64,000 bases of DNA from an uncultured Ferrovum sp. Lineage in GTDB: Bacteria; Pseudomonadota; Gammaproteobacteria; Burkholderiales; Ferrovaceae. The notes beneath the pieces are model-generated. The model was not told the origin of the DNA and did not search any database. It worked only from the letters and a program-made list of their open reading frames with translations. Below, in pieces: positions 52,266 through 62,063 of this stretch (position 1 is the first letter of the stretch; the number at the start of each line of letters is the position of its first letter). The translations under genes were made by a program, and so were the position numbers. The stretch is taken from NCBI GenBank assembly GCA_903905585.1, contig CAIVHB010000051.1:8856-72855 (forward strand). The letters are read 5' to 3'.

Positions 52266-53891
52266 ATGAATAGCAGAAAAATGATTCGTACTTTGTTGAT
52301 GTATATCTGGTCTGGAAGTGCAGCGCTATTAGTGGCGGCGGCGCTCAGCGGGATTTGGTTATCTTGGAATGCTATTCAGGTTTTTGATCAGGATGTGAAG
52401 GCGCGCTATCAAGATCGTGCAGCAGTGAATCATATTCAACTTCAATTCAAAAAACAGGTTCAGGAATGGAAAGATATTTTGCTGCGTGGTGGGGATCCCG
52501 CTGCATTGGATAAATATTGGACAGCTTTCCAAACTCAAGAACGCGAAGTGCAAAAAGAAGGTAAAGCGCTTCTTGAAAGCCTTCAGCAACCCAAAGCACG
52601 CGAATTGGTCGAGAGTTTTCTTGTTGCGCATCAGCAAATGGGGCAAGCCTACCGAGCTGGCTTAGAAGCTTTCAAGCAGGAAAAATTTGACAGTAAGGTG
52701 GGTGATCGTGCGGTTAAGGGAATTGATCGTGAACCTACAGAGCTTCTCACTACCGCAGCGAAAGATATCGCAAGTTTTGCCGATCAGCGAGCAGCCGAAG
52801 CACTTCAGGATGCCAAACAATCCATCATTCAAAGCTTAGTCGCGATGGCGCTGTCTGTCCTGGTGGCGTTCCTTGTTTTCAATTGGCTCGTTCAGTCTCG
52901 GATTGAAGAGCCCGCGGCCCAATTATCCAAGGACTTAACGCGCCTGGCTGAAGGAGATTTCACCACGGCTATTCGACATTTTGCTGAAGATGAAATAGGG
53001 CAGATTGCAATGAGTGCCGAGCGGACTCGAAATGATTTAGGGAAGTTAATTGTCGAGGCGCGTCATGCTTCTAGTCAGGTTGCCAGAGCTGCTCAGCAGG
53101 TCTCTGAAACGGTGGCAGGGGTGACCAAAGCCTCCTCAGAGCAATCCAAGGCAACGACGGGATCGGTGTCTGCTGTAGAAGCGCTGAGTCATAGTGTTCA
53201 TGCGGTTTCAATGAATGCACATGAGGTAGGCGCCTTATCGCTTGAAAGTCAGCACCGAGCAGATCGTAGTCGGGAAAACTTAGATGAAGTGGCTCAAGAA
53301 ATTCAATCCGCCTTTCATGCTGCTGAGGGAATTATCACCACCGTCAATGGCTTTGCAGAAAATGCAAGAGAAATTGCTGAGATGACACAACGTGTTCGAG
53401 AGGTCGCTGATCAAACTAACCTTTTGGCCCTGAATGCGGCCATTGAGGCAGCACGTGCCGGAGAGCAAGGGCGGGGTTTTGCGGTGGTTGCCGATGAAGT
53501 TCGAAAGCTAGCAGAAAAATCTGGTCATACGGCCAGTGAGATAGATCGAATTGCGAGCACTTTGGCTACGGATTCGACTGCGCTGGAGCGAACGGTGAAA
53601 GAAGGGTTTGGCTTTCTGGCGTCTAGTGATCAACATTTGGCCGAGTTGGTAGAAAGTTTTATTGCTGCGAATGAAGCAATTAAACGATCTAATCAAGGAA
53701 TGTCTGAAATTACGGAGGCCGTAAAGCAGCAGCAACAGTCCAGCACTTTAATTGCAGCTAATTTTGAGACGATTGCTCAGATGGCGGGGGATATGCATGA
53801 ATCCATCCATCAAGCGGCTGACGCAATGGTTTCTTTGAGAGCGTTGTCTGAAGCGCTACACGTATCGACGAGCCAATTCAAAGTGGCTTGA
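52266..53891 (+). CDS. Methyl-accepting chemotaxis protein
   Basis: Two TM helices flank a ~170-aa periplasmic helical domain. A HAMP domain follows, then the conserved signalling hairpin ([39 protein letters not shown]). Confidence 0.93.
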   Translation: MNSRKMIRTLLMYIWSGSAALLVAAALSGIWLSWNAIQVFDQDVKARYQDRAAVNHIQLQFKKQVQEWKDILLRGGDPAALDKYWTAFQTQEREVQKEGKALLESLQQPKARELVESFLVAHQQMGQAYRAGLEAFKQEKFDSKVGDRAVKGIDREPTELLTTAAKDIASFADQRAAEALQDAKQSIIQSLVAMALSVLVAFLVFNWLVQSRIEEPAAQLSKDLTRLAEGDFTTAIRHFAEDEIGQIAMSAERTRNDLGKLIVEARHASSQVARAAQQVSETVAGVTKASSEQSKATTGSVSAVEALSHSVHAVSMNAHEVGALSLESQHRADRSRENLDEVAQEIQSAFHAAEGIITTVNGFAENAREIAEMTQRVREVADQTNLLALNAAIEAARAGEQGRGFAVVADEVRKLAEKSGHTASEIDRIASTLATDSTALERTVKEGFGFLASSDQHLAELVESFIAANEAIKRSNQGMSEITEAVKQQQQSSTLIAANFETIAQMAGDMHESIHQAADAMVSLRALSEALHVSTSQFKVA

Positions 53892-53900
53892 AGAAAAAAA

Positions 53901-54206
53901 TTATTTAAACGCTTTCTCTTCAGTGAAGTATTGTTTTTCAAACTCTGCAGGATTGGTTGCCCCTGTTTTTAAGAGTTCTTGGTCAGTTGGGCTCAGTAAA
54001 AACTCTCTTCCGTCACTGACAAGCAGCGTGGGGCCCTCAGGTCTATCCCAATCCACACTGGGTTCTCTTTTAATTCCGCTGCCTGCCCCATTACCCTTAG
54101 CGCTTGAATATTTGTCATTCAAGTAGCTCCAGATGGCGTAGAGCAGAAAGCAAGACGCTGCAATGAAACCTACAAAAAGCAACAAAGGTATGTAATGGCG
54201 AATCAT
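53901..54206 (-). CDS. Hypothetical small membrane protein
   Basis: A 101-aa ORF with one N-terminal TM helix (IPLLLFVGFIAASCFLLYAIW). I recognise no family. Confidence 0.45.
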   Translation of the reverse strand: MIRHYIPLLLFVGFIAASCFLLYAIWSYLNDKYSSAKGNGAGSGIKREPSVDWDRPEGPTLLVSDGREFLLSPTDQELLKTGATNPAEFEKQYFTEEKAFK

Positions 54207-54378
54207 TCGTATCCTTTTTACACGCTATGGCACAGCCTTTTTAACGGCGCTTTGAGCACAAGCTTGAGATGATTAAACCCTTAAGAAATATTGAGTTAGG
54301 TGTGTTTTATATTTCTTATTGTAAGCTCCAATCCTATATATCTCTCTTTTGTAATGTTTGCAAATTTTTTCAGATTTT

Positions 54379-54861
54379 TTATAAGAATCGGTCTAGTAGT
54401 TTTCGGCTGTTTCGATCTAAGGCAAAGCGATCTCTAATTCGGTAAGACACCCCATGTCTATCCATAATCAAGAGTGCGCGATCAGGAAGACGTCGAATAT
54501 CTTCTTCTGCTTGAAGAATGAATTGGGTTTGTCCCCGGTCAGTATTGACGGTCCAGGTGGAGGGGGTAGAGAAACTGGCTACGGATACAATTTGCTGAAT
54601 CTCCGGCATCAATTCTCTGGCTTCTAGGGCGTCTTCAATGAGCGTCCGTGCGGGGGGGGGAATCGTGTCGATGTCTTCAATCCAAACCAGTTCAGTTCCG
54701 GTGGAAGAAACCAGTGACCAGTGCTGACGCGGGGCACTCAAAGGGTAAGCGCGTATAGGTGCAATCTGGTTATAACGAATACCTTCAGCGTCAGTCAGAC
54801 CAAGGTGGCCAAAGTGATCTAGCCAGACAGTCCAGTTTGAGGGGGTAAGTTGTCTCGTCAT
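54379..54861 (-). CDS. DUF1854-family protein (partner of the cyanophycin-associated ABC transporter)
   Basis: A 160-aa protein with a 4-nt overlap with the upstream ABC gene. The C-terminus (LDRNSRKLLDRFL) and overall pattern match my recollection of DUF1854. The family call is from memory, not from a search. Confidence 0.6.
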   Translation of the reverse strand: MTRQLTPSNWTVWLDHFGHLGLTDAEGIRYNQIAPIRAYPLSAPRQHWSLVSSTGTELVWIEDIDTIPPPARTLIEDALEARELMPEIQQIVSVASFSTPSTWTVNTDRGQTQFILQAEEDIRRLPDRALLIMDRHGVSYRIRDRFALDRNSRKLLDRFL

Positions 54862-57125
54862 GAGGTTTGATCCTCTAGATGCGTTTCAGTGGTTCTTAAT
54901 TGGGCTTGGTATAGGCGCCAATACGCACCTTTTTGTTCGATCAGTTCATCATGAGGGCCTACCTCAATAATACGACCGCGCTCCATGACCACAAGACGAT
55001 CTGCTTTCCGAAGCGTGGATAAACGGTGAGCGATGGCGATGGTCGTTCTCCCTTTCACCAGATTATCTAAAGCCCGCTGAATTTCTTTTTCTGTTTCGGT
55101 GTCGACCGAAGAGGTGGCCTCATCCAGGATTAATACTTTGGGGTTAATGAGCAGAGCACGAGCAATCGATATCCTTTGGCGTTCTCCACCTGATAAGCCC
55201 TGACCGCGTTCACCCACTACTGAGTCATATCCATGCGGAAGTCGCAAAATAAAATCATGGGCATGGGCTGACCGCGCAGCAGCAATGATTTCTTCGCGTG
55301 ATGCATCGGGGCGTCCGTAGGCGATATTCTCAGCAATGCTGCCAAAAAATAGAAAAGGCTCTTGCAACACGAGGCCAATATTTCGGCGGTAATCAGCGAG
55401 CGTAACAGAGCGAATATCGGTACCGTCAATCAGGATAGAACCTTCACTGACATCATAAAATCGACAAATCAGATTGACTAAGGTGCTTTTGCCAGAGCCA
55501 CTTTGACCTACTAGTCCAATCATTTCACCGGGTTGAATCACCAGTGATAGATCCCGAATGACAGAGCGGCTGCCATAACGAAAACCGATTTCTTTTAGGG
55601 TGATTTCGCCCTTTATATTTTCTAATGGTATGGGTTGGCTGGAATCGGGCACATTAGAAACATGATCCAAAATATCGAAGATACGTTTAGACCCCGCTGC
55701 CGCTTTTTGGGTTACGGATACGATGCGGCTCATTGAATCTAGGCGGCCATAGAATCTTCCGATGTAAGCCAAAAAGGCCGTTAAGGTCCCCACGGTAATC
55801 GCGCTGATGGATACTTGATATATTCCAAAAGCCCATACGACCAACAAGCCACCCTCGGTCATCAGCGATACGGTAGGGGAGAACAAAGACCAGGTTTTGT
55901 TAAGCCTGTCATTGATCAGCAAATTGTGTTGATTGGCTTCACGAAATCGCTGCGTCTCACGTTGCTCCTGTGCAAAAGCTTTGACCACGCGAATGCCAGG
56001 TATGGTGTCAGACAATACATTGGTGACTTCTCCCCAGACTCGATCAATTTTTTCAAAACCAGTTCGCAGCCGATCGCGTACCTGATGAATCATCCAGGCA
56101 ATGATGGGCAATGGCAGCAGCGTAACAAGCGCTAAGGCGGGGTTAATTGAAAATAAAATGACGGCAGTCATCACGATCATCAAAATGTCCGTAATGAAAT
56201 CCAGCGCATGCAAAGAGAGAAATACGCTAATCCGATCTGACTCAGAACCGATTCTGGAAATCAAATCTCCTGTTCGCTTGCTACCAAAATATTCAAGAGA
56301 AAGATGTAATAAATGTTCATAGGTAGTGGTGCGAAGATCCGCACTAATTCGCTCTGAAACCAAGGCAAGAATGTAGGTTTTAGCCCAGCCCAGTCCCCAC
56401 GACACCAGTGCTGCAGCCAATAGGCCGCCAAGATATAAACCTACTTTTTCGGGCTCAATGTGTTGACCGGATTGGAAGGGAATTAACACTTCATCCATCA
56501 GTGGCATGTATAGGTAGGGCGATACGAGTGTGGACGCCGTCGCCCCCAACATCAGCAAAAATCCAATCAGCAATTGTTGCCAATAGGGTTGAGCAAAACG
56601 CCACAACCTAAATAGTGTCCATGTGGAAGGGGGTAAAGTGACTTCTCTGCTACAAACCGGGCACTCGCCTTCTTCGGAGTTGAGGGGGGTTCTGCAAGTG
56701 GGGCAGAGCAGTTCACTGTCATCCTCGGGCCGCACTTGAGTTTTAAGGAATTGCTGCTCAATTTGAAACCGCTCTAGCAGTCTTAGTGATTGCTTATGCT
56801 GCCCTAAGGTAAAGCGCCAGAGCGCTAAGCGCGCTGTTTGGCTACGAAGCTCCAGGGTTCCGATCCCTGCGTAGTCAAATACCTTCAGTTCTAGTTCATC
56901 TGCGAGAGGCCATTTTTCCCAAGCGTTTTCAGCATGATTCCACGCTAATAAGTGTTTTTCTGTCACAGCTACAAGAGAGTGGATAAACTGACCATTAAGA
57001 TCAAGGTCAACCTGCAGTGCCGCTAGGGCGTTCTCTCCTGAATTGAGTTCAAGCGCCAAGCGCTTTTCCCAAAAGGTAGGCAGTCCAAGGTTTGTGTTGG
57101 AAACGAGGGTGACTTCAGTGTTCAT
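54858..57125 (-). CDS. Fused ABC exporter (TMD plus NBD) with an extra N-terminal domain and a Cys4 zinc ribbon
   Basis: Walker A (GQSGSGKST), signature (LSGGERQR), Walker B (ILILDEATS), and a six-TM exporter domain. An N-terminal ~165-aa extension carries CPTC...CPVC. Confidence 0.9.
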   Translation of the reverse strand: MNTEVTLVSNTNLGLPTFWEKRLALELNSGENALAALQVDLDLNGQFIHSLVAVTEKHLLAWNHAENAWEKWPLADELELKVFDYAGIGTLELRSQTARLALWRFTLGQHKQSLRLLERFQIEQQFLKTQVRPEDDSELLCPTCRTPLNSEEGECPVCSREVTLPPSTWTLFRLWRFAQPYWQQLLIGFLLMLGATASTLVSPYLYMPLMDEVLIPFQSGQHIEPEKVGLYLGGLLAAALVSWGLGWAKTYILALVSERISADLRTTTYEHLLHLSLEYFGSKRTGDLISRIGSESDRISVFLSLHALDFITDILMIVMTAVILFSINPALALVTLLPLPIIAWMIHQVRDRLRTGFEKIDRVWGEVTNVLSDTIPGIRVVKAFAQEQRETQRFREANQHNLLINDRLNKTWSLFSPTVSLMTEGGLLVVWAFGIYQVSISAITVGTLTAFLAYIGRFYGRLDSMSRIVSVTQKAAAGSKRIFDILDHVSNVPDSSQPIPLENIKGEITLKEIGFRYGSRSVIRDLSLVIQPGEMIGLVGQSGSGKSTLVNLICRFYDVSEGSILIDGTDIRSVTLADYRRNIGLVLQEPFLFFGSIAENIAYGRPDASREEIIAAARSAHAHDFILRLPHGYDSVVGERGQGLSGGERQRISIARALLINPKVLILDEATSSVDTETEKEIQRALDNLVKGRTTIAIAHRLSTLRKADRLVVMERGRIIEVGPHDELIEQKGAYWRLYQAQLRTTETHLEDQTS

Positions 57126-57225
57126 GTAAAGCTCGCTTTGTCAGCGCGCGATGAGTGGGTATCATGGGTCGAAACTGTAACATAGCGCTGCTCGGACTCC
57201 GACAGCTGTATTCGATGATAGGACG

Positions 57226-59436
57226 ATGAGCGACAAAGATATTACGTTCCTGAGGGTCATGCATTTGCGGGGCCCCAATATATGGACTTACCGACCTGTT
57301 ATCGAGGTTTGGCTCGATATTGGCCGCTTTGAACAGTTTCCTTCTCATACCTTGCAAGGCTTTAACCAGCGCCTCACTGATTGGTTGCCAGGCTTGGCTC
57401 AGCATCGATGCGGTGTGGGGGAGCCAGGTGGTTTTCTATTGCGCTTAGATGAAGGGACTTGGATTGGTCATATATTAGAGCATGTGGTGTTAGAGCTTCA
57501 GACGCTTGCTGGAATGAGAACCGGGTTTGGTAAAACGCGGCAAGTTAAAGAAGGCAGTGGCATTTACAAAATGGCTTTCCGAACTCGAAACGAAGCAGTG
57601 GGCAGAATGGCACTAGAAGAGGCCAGAGCGCTTGTTTTAGCTGCGGTGAATGATCAACCCTATGATGTTGCGGCAACCGTTATTAAGTTAACCGATATGG
57701 TGGATTCGCTCTGCCTTGGCCCCAGCACCTCTTGCATTGTTGAGGCTGCGGGTGAACAACGTATTCCCTTTATACGACTCACAGAAGGCAATCTCGTGCA
57801 ACTTGGTCATGGTTCTCGGCAAAGAAGAATCTGGACGGCTGAAACAGATCGAACCTCGGCCATCGCTGAATATATTTCTAGCGATAAAGATCTCACTAAA
57901 AGTTTACTTTCTTCCTGCGGTGTGCCGGTTCCTGCTGGCCGAATCGTTGAAAGTGCAGAAGAAGCGTGGGAAGAGGCTCAAGATTTAGGACTCCCTGTAG
58001 TCATTAAGCCTGTTGATGGTAATCACGGCCGGGGTGTGTCGATTGAATTAAGCACAAAAGCACATATTGAAGAAGCATTTGAACTGGCTCTCAGACATGG
58101 AAGCGAAGTGATTGTTGAGCGCTTTATTCGGGGTAACGAGCATCGTCTGCTGGTGGTGGGCGGAAAGGTGGTGGCCGCTGCACGCGGAGAGTCAGCTTGG
58201 GTAAGAGGTGATGGAGTCGCTAGTATTCAAGAATTGGTTGATCGCCAGCTGAATACAGATGGTCGCCGAGGTCATGGCGAAGATTTTCCTCTCAATCGAA
58301 TTGATTTAGACCAAGATGTTGCGATCCAACTTGAATTAGCTCGCCAAGGATTTGATCTTCATTCCGTTCCTGAAAATGGGACAGAGGTATTAATTCAGCG
58401 CAACGGGAATGTGGCGATTGATTGTACGGATGAAGTGCATGCAGACATTGAAGCGCTCGTAGTGCTCGCTACACAAGTTGTTGGACTCGATATTGCTGGC
58501 GTAGACATGGTGGTCGAGGATATTAGTAAGCCATTGGTTGAGCAGGGTGGAGCCATTGTGGAGGTGAATGCAGGCCCTGGGTTGCTCACGCATCTCAAAC
58601 CTGCGGTGGGCTATCCTAGACCGGTTGGTGGCGCCATTATTTCTCACCTCTTCCCTAAAGGTGATCGCGGAAGGATCCCCATTGTTGGGATCATGGGAAC
58701 TTCACACACGACAGAAATTGCCCGTTTGGTGGCTTGGCTGCTGCGTTTATCGGGTGAGAAAGTGGGCTTGGCCTGCCAGGAAGGTCTGTTCCTTGACCGA
58801 CGCCAAGTGAGTACACGCAATAGTGTGAACTTTGATGCAGGGCAGCGCTTACTGATGAATCGCACGGTTTCTGCCGTGGTGATTGAGAGTGATGTCAAGG
58901 CTGTTTTGAAAGAAGGCTTGTCTTATGACCGCAGCTCAGTCGCCATTGTGACGGATACGCATGGAGCTGAGTCTTTAAGTGAGTTTTTGATCTCCGAAGA
59001 CCAACAAGTTTTTGATGTCATGAGAACCATGGTGGATGTTGTCCTTCCAGATGGTTTCGCAATATTGAACGCCGCTGAGCCTTCGGTAATGGGGATGGCT
59101 CCGCTGTGCGATGGGACAGTTATTTTATATCACGCTTCTGAAAATCTGGCTGCCATTATTGAGCACAGGAGCAATCATGGACGGGCTGTATTTGTTCGAG
59201 AGGGACAGGTCATCTTGGCGCGCGGAAAAGAGGAATTGACCTTAAATGCCCTAGGAAGCTTGAAATTGAATGGGAGTGGGGTGCTCTTCGAAAATACTAT
59301 CTTGGCGGCAGCAGCAGCCACTTGGGCAATGGGACTTCCACCCGAACTTATTCGAGCTGGTATTGAAACTTTTGAGGCAGAACATGCTTTAGCTCAATCT
59401 CCGGAGTCTTCTGGAAAAGTGAAAAAGAAAAAATAG
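57226..59436 (+). CDS. Cyanophycin synthetase paralog with a truncated/degenerate Mur-ligase (M) domain (CphA'/CphA2-like)
   Basis: The CphA N-domain and an intact ATP-grasp domain are present (VVIKPVDGNHGRGVS). The M-domain P-loop GTNGKTT is replaced by GTSHTTE. The protein ends where the C-terminal Mur subdomain (DYGHNP) begins in the neighbouring CphA. Confidence 0.85.
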   Translation: MSDKDITFLRVMHLRGPNIWTYRPVIEVWLDIGRFEQFPSHTLQGFNQRLTDWLPGLAQHRCGVGEPGGFLLRLDEGTWIGHILEHVVLELQTLAGMRTGFGKTRQVKEGSGIYKMAFRTRNEAVGRMALEEARALVLAAVNDQPYDVAATVIKLTDMVDSLCLGPSTSCIVEAAGEQRIPFIRLTEGNLVQLGHGSRQRRIWTAETDRTSAIAEYISSDKDLTKSLLSSCGVPVPAGRIVESAEEAWEEAQDLGLPVVIKPVDGNHGRGVSIELSTKAHIEEAFELALRHGSEVIVERFIRGNEHRLLVVGGKVVAAARGESAWVRGDGVASIQELVDRQLNTDGRRGHGEDFPLNRIDLDQDVAIQLELARQGFDLHSVPENGTEVLIQRNGNVAIDCTDEVHADIEALVVLATQVVGLDIAGVDMVVEDISKPLVEQGGAIVEVNAGPGLLTHLKPAVGYPRPVGGAIISHLFPKGDRGRIPIVGIMGTSHTTEIARLVAWLLRLSGEKVGLACQEGLFLDRRQVSTRNSVNFDAGQRLLMNRTVSAVVIESDVKAVLKEGLSYDRSSVAIVTDTHGAESLSEFLISEDQQVFDVMRTMVDVVLPDGFAILNAAEPSVMGMAPLCDGTVILYHASENLAAIIEHRSNHGRAVFVREGQVILARGKEELTLNALGSLKLNGSGVLFENTILAAAAATWAMGLPPELIRAGIETFEAEHALAQSPESSGKVKKKK

Positions 59437-59456
59437 CCAAGCCACTCAGGAAATTT

Positions 59457-62051
59457 ATGGAAATCTCTAAAATACGTGCTTTGCGTGGCCCTAATCTCTG
59501 GAGCAGACATACCTCTCTAGAGGTCATTGTGAATTGTGATCAATCTGAGCAAGATATTTTTTCCTTGCCGCATTTTGAGGAACGTATTCGCAATCGTTTT
59601 CCTCAATTAGCCGATTTGCAATCTCGGCAACTTCCTCGCCCAGTCACCGTAGCGCATGTCTTAGAGCTTGCCATGCTGGGTTTGCAGGCTCAAGCAGGCT
59701 GCCCTGTTACTTTTAGCAGGACCCAAACGACGAGCGAATCAGGAACATACCAAGTCATCGTAGAGTACTCAGAAGAACCCGTGGGAAAGATGGCATTAGC
59801 GTCTGCCGAGGCTTTGATTCATGCGGCCTTTAATGACAGCACCTTCAATCTGGAAGAAGTATTGTCGAACTTACAAGAACTGGATGAGGATGTTCGTCTG
59901 GGGCCTTCTACAGGTGCGATCGTTCATGCTGCTTCTGCTAGAGGGATTCCCTTTCGAAGATTAACCTCAGGAAGCCTGGTTCAGTTTGGTTGGGGTTCGC
60001 GCCAACGGCGTATTCAAGCTGCAGAAATGGATTGTACATCCGCGATTTCAGAATCCATAGCGCAAGATAAAGAGTTAACCAAGCGCCTGCTGGAAGCAGC
60101 AGGTGTGCCCGTGCCCACTGGTCGCCCTGTGAGAGACGCTGAAGATGCTTGGGCTGCGGCACTTGAAATAGGTTTGCCGGTGGTGGTGAAGCCGCAGGAT
60201 GGTAATCAGGGAAAGGGGGTCACGGTGAATATCGATGATCGTGAGCCTTTAGAAATCGCGTACTCGGTTGCCAGTGAGTTTCGCGACGATGTGATGGTAG
60301 AAAAATATCTCGCGGGCCATGACTATAGGTTGCTGGTGGTCGGTGACAAACTCGTTGCCGCTGCACGTCGTGAGCCCCCTATGGTCGTAGGCAATGGCAA
60401 GCAAAGTATTCGTGAACTGGTTGAGCAAGTGAATGCAGATCCTCGAAGAGGAACGGGTCATGCCACCTCATTGACTAAGATTCGCTTGGACGAAATCGCT
60501 ACCGCTCAGCTTGCCATGCAAGGGTTCACTGCAGACTCCGTGCCCGATAAAGGGGAGCGCGTTGTTCTGAGAAATAACGCTAATCTTTCAACAGGTGGAA
60601 CTGCAACAGACGTCACCGATGATGTGCACCCCGAATTGGCAGCGCGTGCCGTGGATGCAGCGCACATGGTGGGATTGGACGTATGTGGGGTGGATGTGAT
60701 TTGCGATACCGTTCTTAAACCTCTAGAAGCTCAGGGCGGAGGCATTGTGGAGGTGAATGCAGCGCCTGGTTTACGTATGCATCTTTCTCCTTCGTTTGGT
60801 AAAGGCCGAGATGTAGGGGCAGCGATTATTGGTAATCTGTTCCCAGAAGGTGAAGATGGGCGGATACCTGTTGTGGCGGTAACCGGTACGAATGGAAAAA
60901 CCACCACGGTCAGGCTCATTGCGCACCTTTTAACGGCAAGTGGCTTGCGCGTTGGGATGACTAATACCGATGGGGTTTATGTGAATGGTAGGCAAATCGA
61001 TAGTGGTGATTGCGCCGGGCCTAAAAGTGCCAGAAATGTATTGCTGAATCCAACCGTCGATGCAGCAGTATTTGAAACCGCTCGAGGTGGTATTTTGCGA
61101 GAGGGCTTGGCCTTTGATCGATGCCAAGTGGGCGTGGTCACGAATATTGGAAGTGGCGATCATCTGGGCCTGAATTATATTAGTTCGGTCGAAGATCTTG
61201 CGGTGTTGAAGCGAGTGATTGTGCAAAATATTTCACCGGATGGTATGGCGGTTCTAAATGCCGCAGACCCTATCGTTGTTCCGATGGCTGAAAACTGTCC
61301 GGGCAAGGTCACCTTTTTTGCGGTGGATCGCCATTTACCGGTGATGGCTGCGCATCGTGCCCGAGGAAAGCGCGTCGTGTATGTGGAAGAAGGTGCTGTG
61401 ATCGCTGAAGAAGGCGCAAAAAAATTCGCTATTCCGCTCAAGAATATTTCAGTGACGCGTGAGGGTGCGATTGGCTTTCAACTGCAAAATGTGATGGCTG
61501 CAGTCGCTGCAGTTTGGGCCGTGAACTCCGACTGGTATTCCATTTCTCAAGGGCTTTTTACCTTTAGGGCTGAACAACACAACGTTCCTGGAAGGTTTAA
61601 TTTCTTTGATTACAAAGGCGCTACAGTGATTGCTGATTATGGGCATAACCCCGATGCCATGAAGGCCTTGGTCGAGGCAGTTGAGGCCCTGCCTGCTCAA
61701 CGCCGCATGGTTGTAATCAGTGGTGCTGGGGATCGTCGTGACGATGATATTCGCGATCAAACGCGCATTTTGGGAGCCGCTTTTGATCATGTATTGCTGT
61801 ATCAAGATGCCTGTCAGAGAGGGCGTGTAGATGGTGAGGTGATTGCGCTCTTGCGCGAGGGGTTAGAGGGAGCAACCCGCACTCAAACAATAGAAGAAAT
61901 TCGTGGTGAATTTGTAGCGATTGATATGGCTTTGCAAGCGCTACAGGCGGGAGATTTATGCTTGATTTTGGTAGATCAAGTAGAAGAAGCGCTTGCCCAC
62001 ATTGCGCAGCGCGTGAAGGCATCCCTCTCAGAAAATAACATGACCCACTGA
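59457..62051 (+). CDS. cphA: Cyanophycin synthetase CphA (full length, 864 aa)
   Basis: N-domain, ATP-grasp domain (VVVKPQDGNQGKGVT), and a Mur-ligase domain with an intact P-loop (VTGTNGKTTT) and C-terminal subdomain (DYGHNPDA). Confidence 0.93.
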   Translation: MEISKIRALRGPNLWSRHTSLEVIVNCDQSEQDIFSLPHFEERIRNRFPQLADLQSRQLPRPVTVAHVLELAMLGLQAQAGCPVTFSRTQTTSESGTYQVIVEYSEEPVGKMALASAEALIHAAFNDSTFNLEEVLSNLQELDEDVRLGPSTGAIVHAASARGIPFRRLTSGSLVQFGWGSRQRRIQAAEMDCTSAISESIAQDKELTKRLLEAAGVPVPTGRPVRDAEDAWAAALEIGLPVVVKPQDGNQGKGVTVNIDDREPLEIAYSVASEFRDDVMVEKYLAGHDYRLLVVGDKLVAAARREPPMVVGNGKQSIRELVEQVNADPRRGTGHATSLTKIRLDEIATAQLAMQGFTADSVPDKGERVVLRNNANLSTGGTATDVTDDVHPELAARAVDAAHMVGLDVCGVDVICDTVLKPLEAQGGGIVEVNAAPGLRMHLSPSFGKGRDVGAAIIGNLFPEGEDGRIPVVAVTGTNGKTTTVRLIAHLLTASGLRVGMTNTDGVYVNGRQIDSGDCAGPKSARNVLLNPTVDAAVFETARGGILREGLAFDRCQVGVVTNIGSGDHLGLNYISSVEDLAVLKRVIVQNISPDGMAVLNAADPIVVPMAENCPGKVTFFAVDRHLPVMAAHRARGKRVVYVEEGAVIAEEGAKKFAIPLKNISVTREGAIGFQLQNVMAAVAAVWAVNSDWYSISQGLFTFRAEQHNVPGRFNFFDYKGATVIADYGHNPDAMKALVEAVEALPAQRRMVVISGAGDRRDDDIRDQTRILGAAFDHVLLYQDACQRGRVDGEVIALLREGLEGATRTQTIEEIRGEFVAIDMALQALQAGDLCLILVDQVEEALAHIAQRVKASLSENNMTH

Positions 62052-62063
62052 TTTTTAGTTTAT

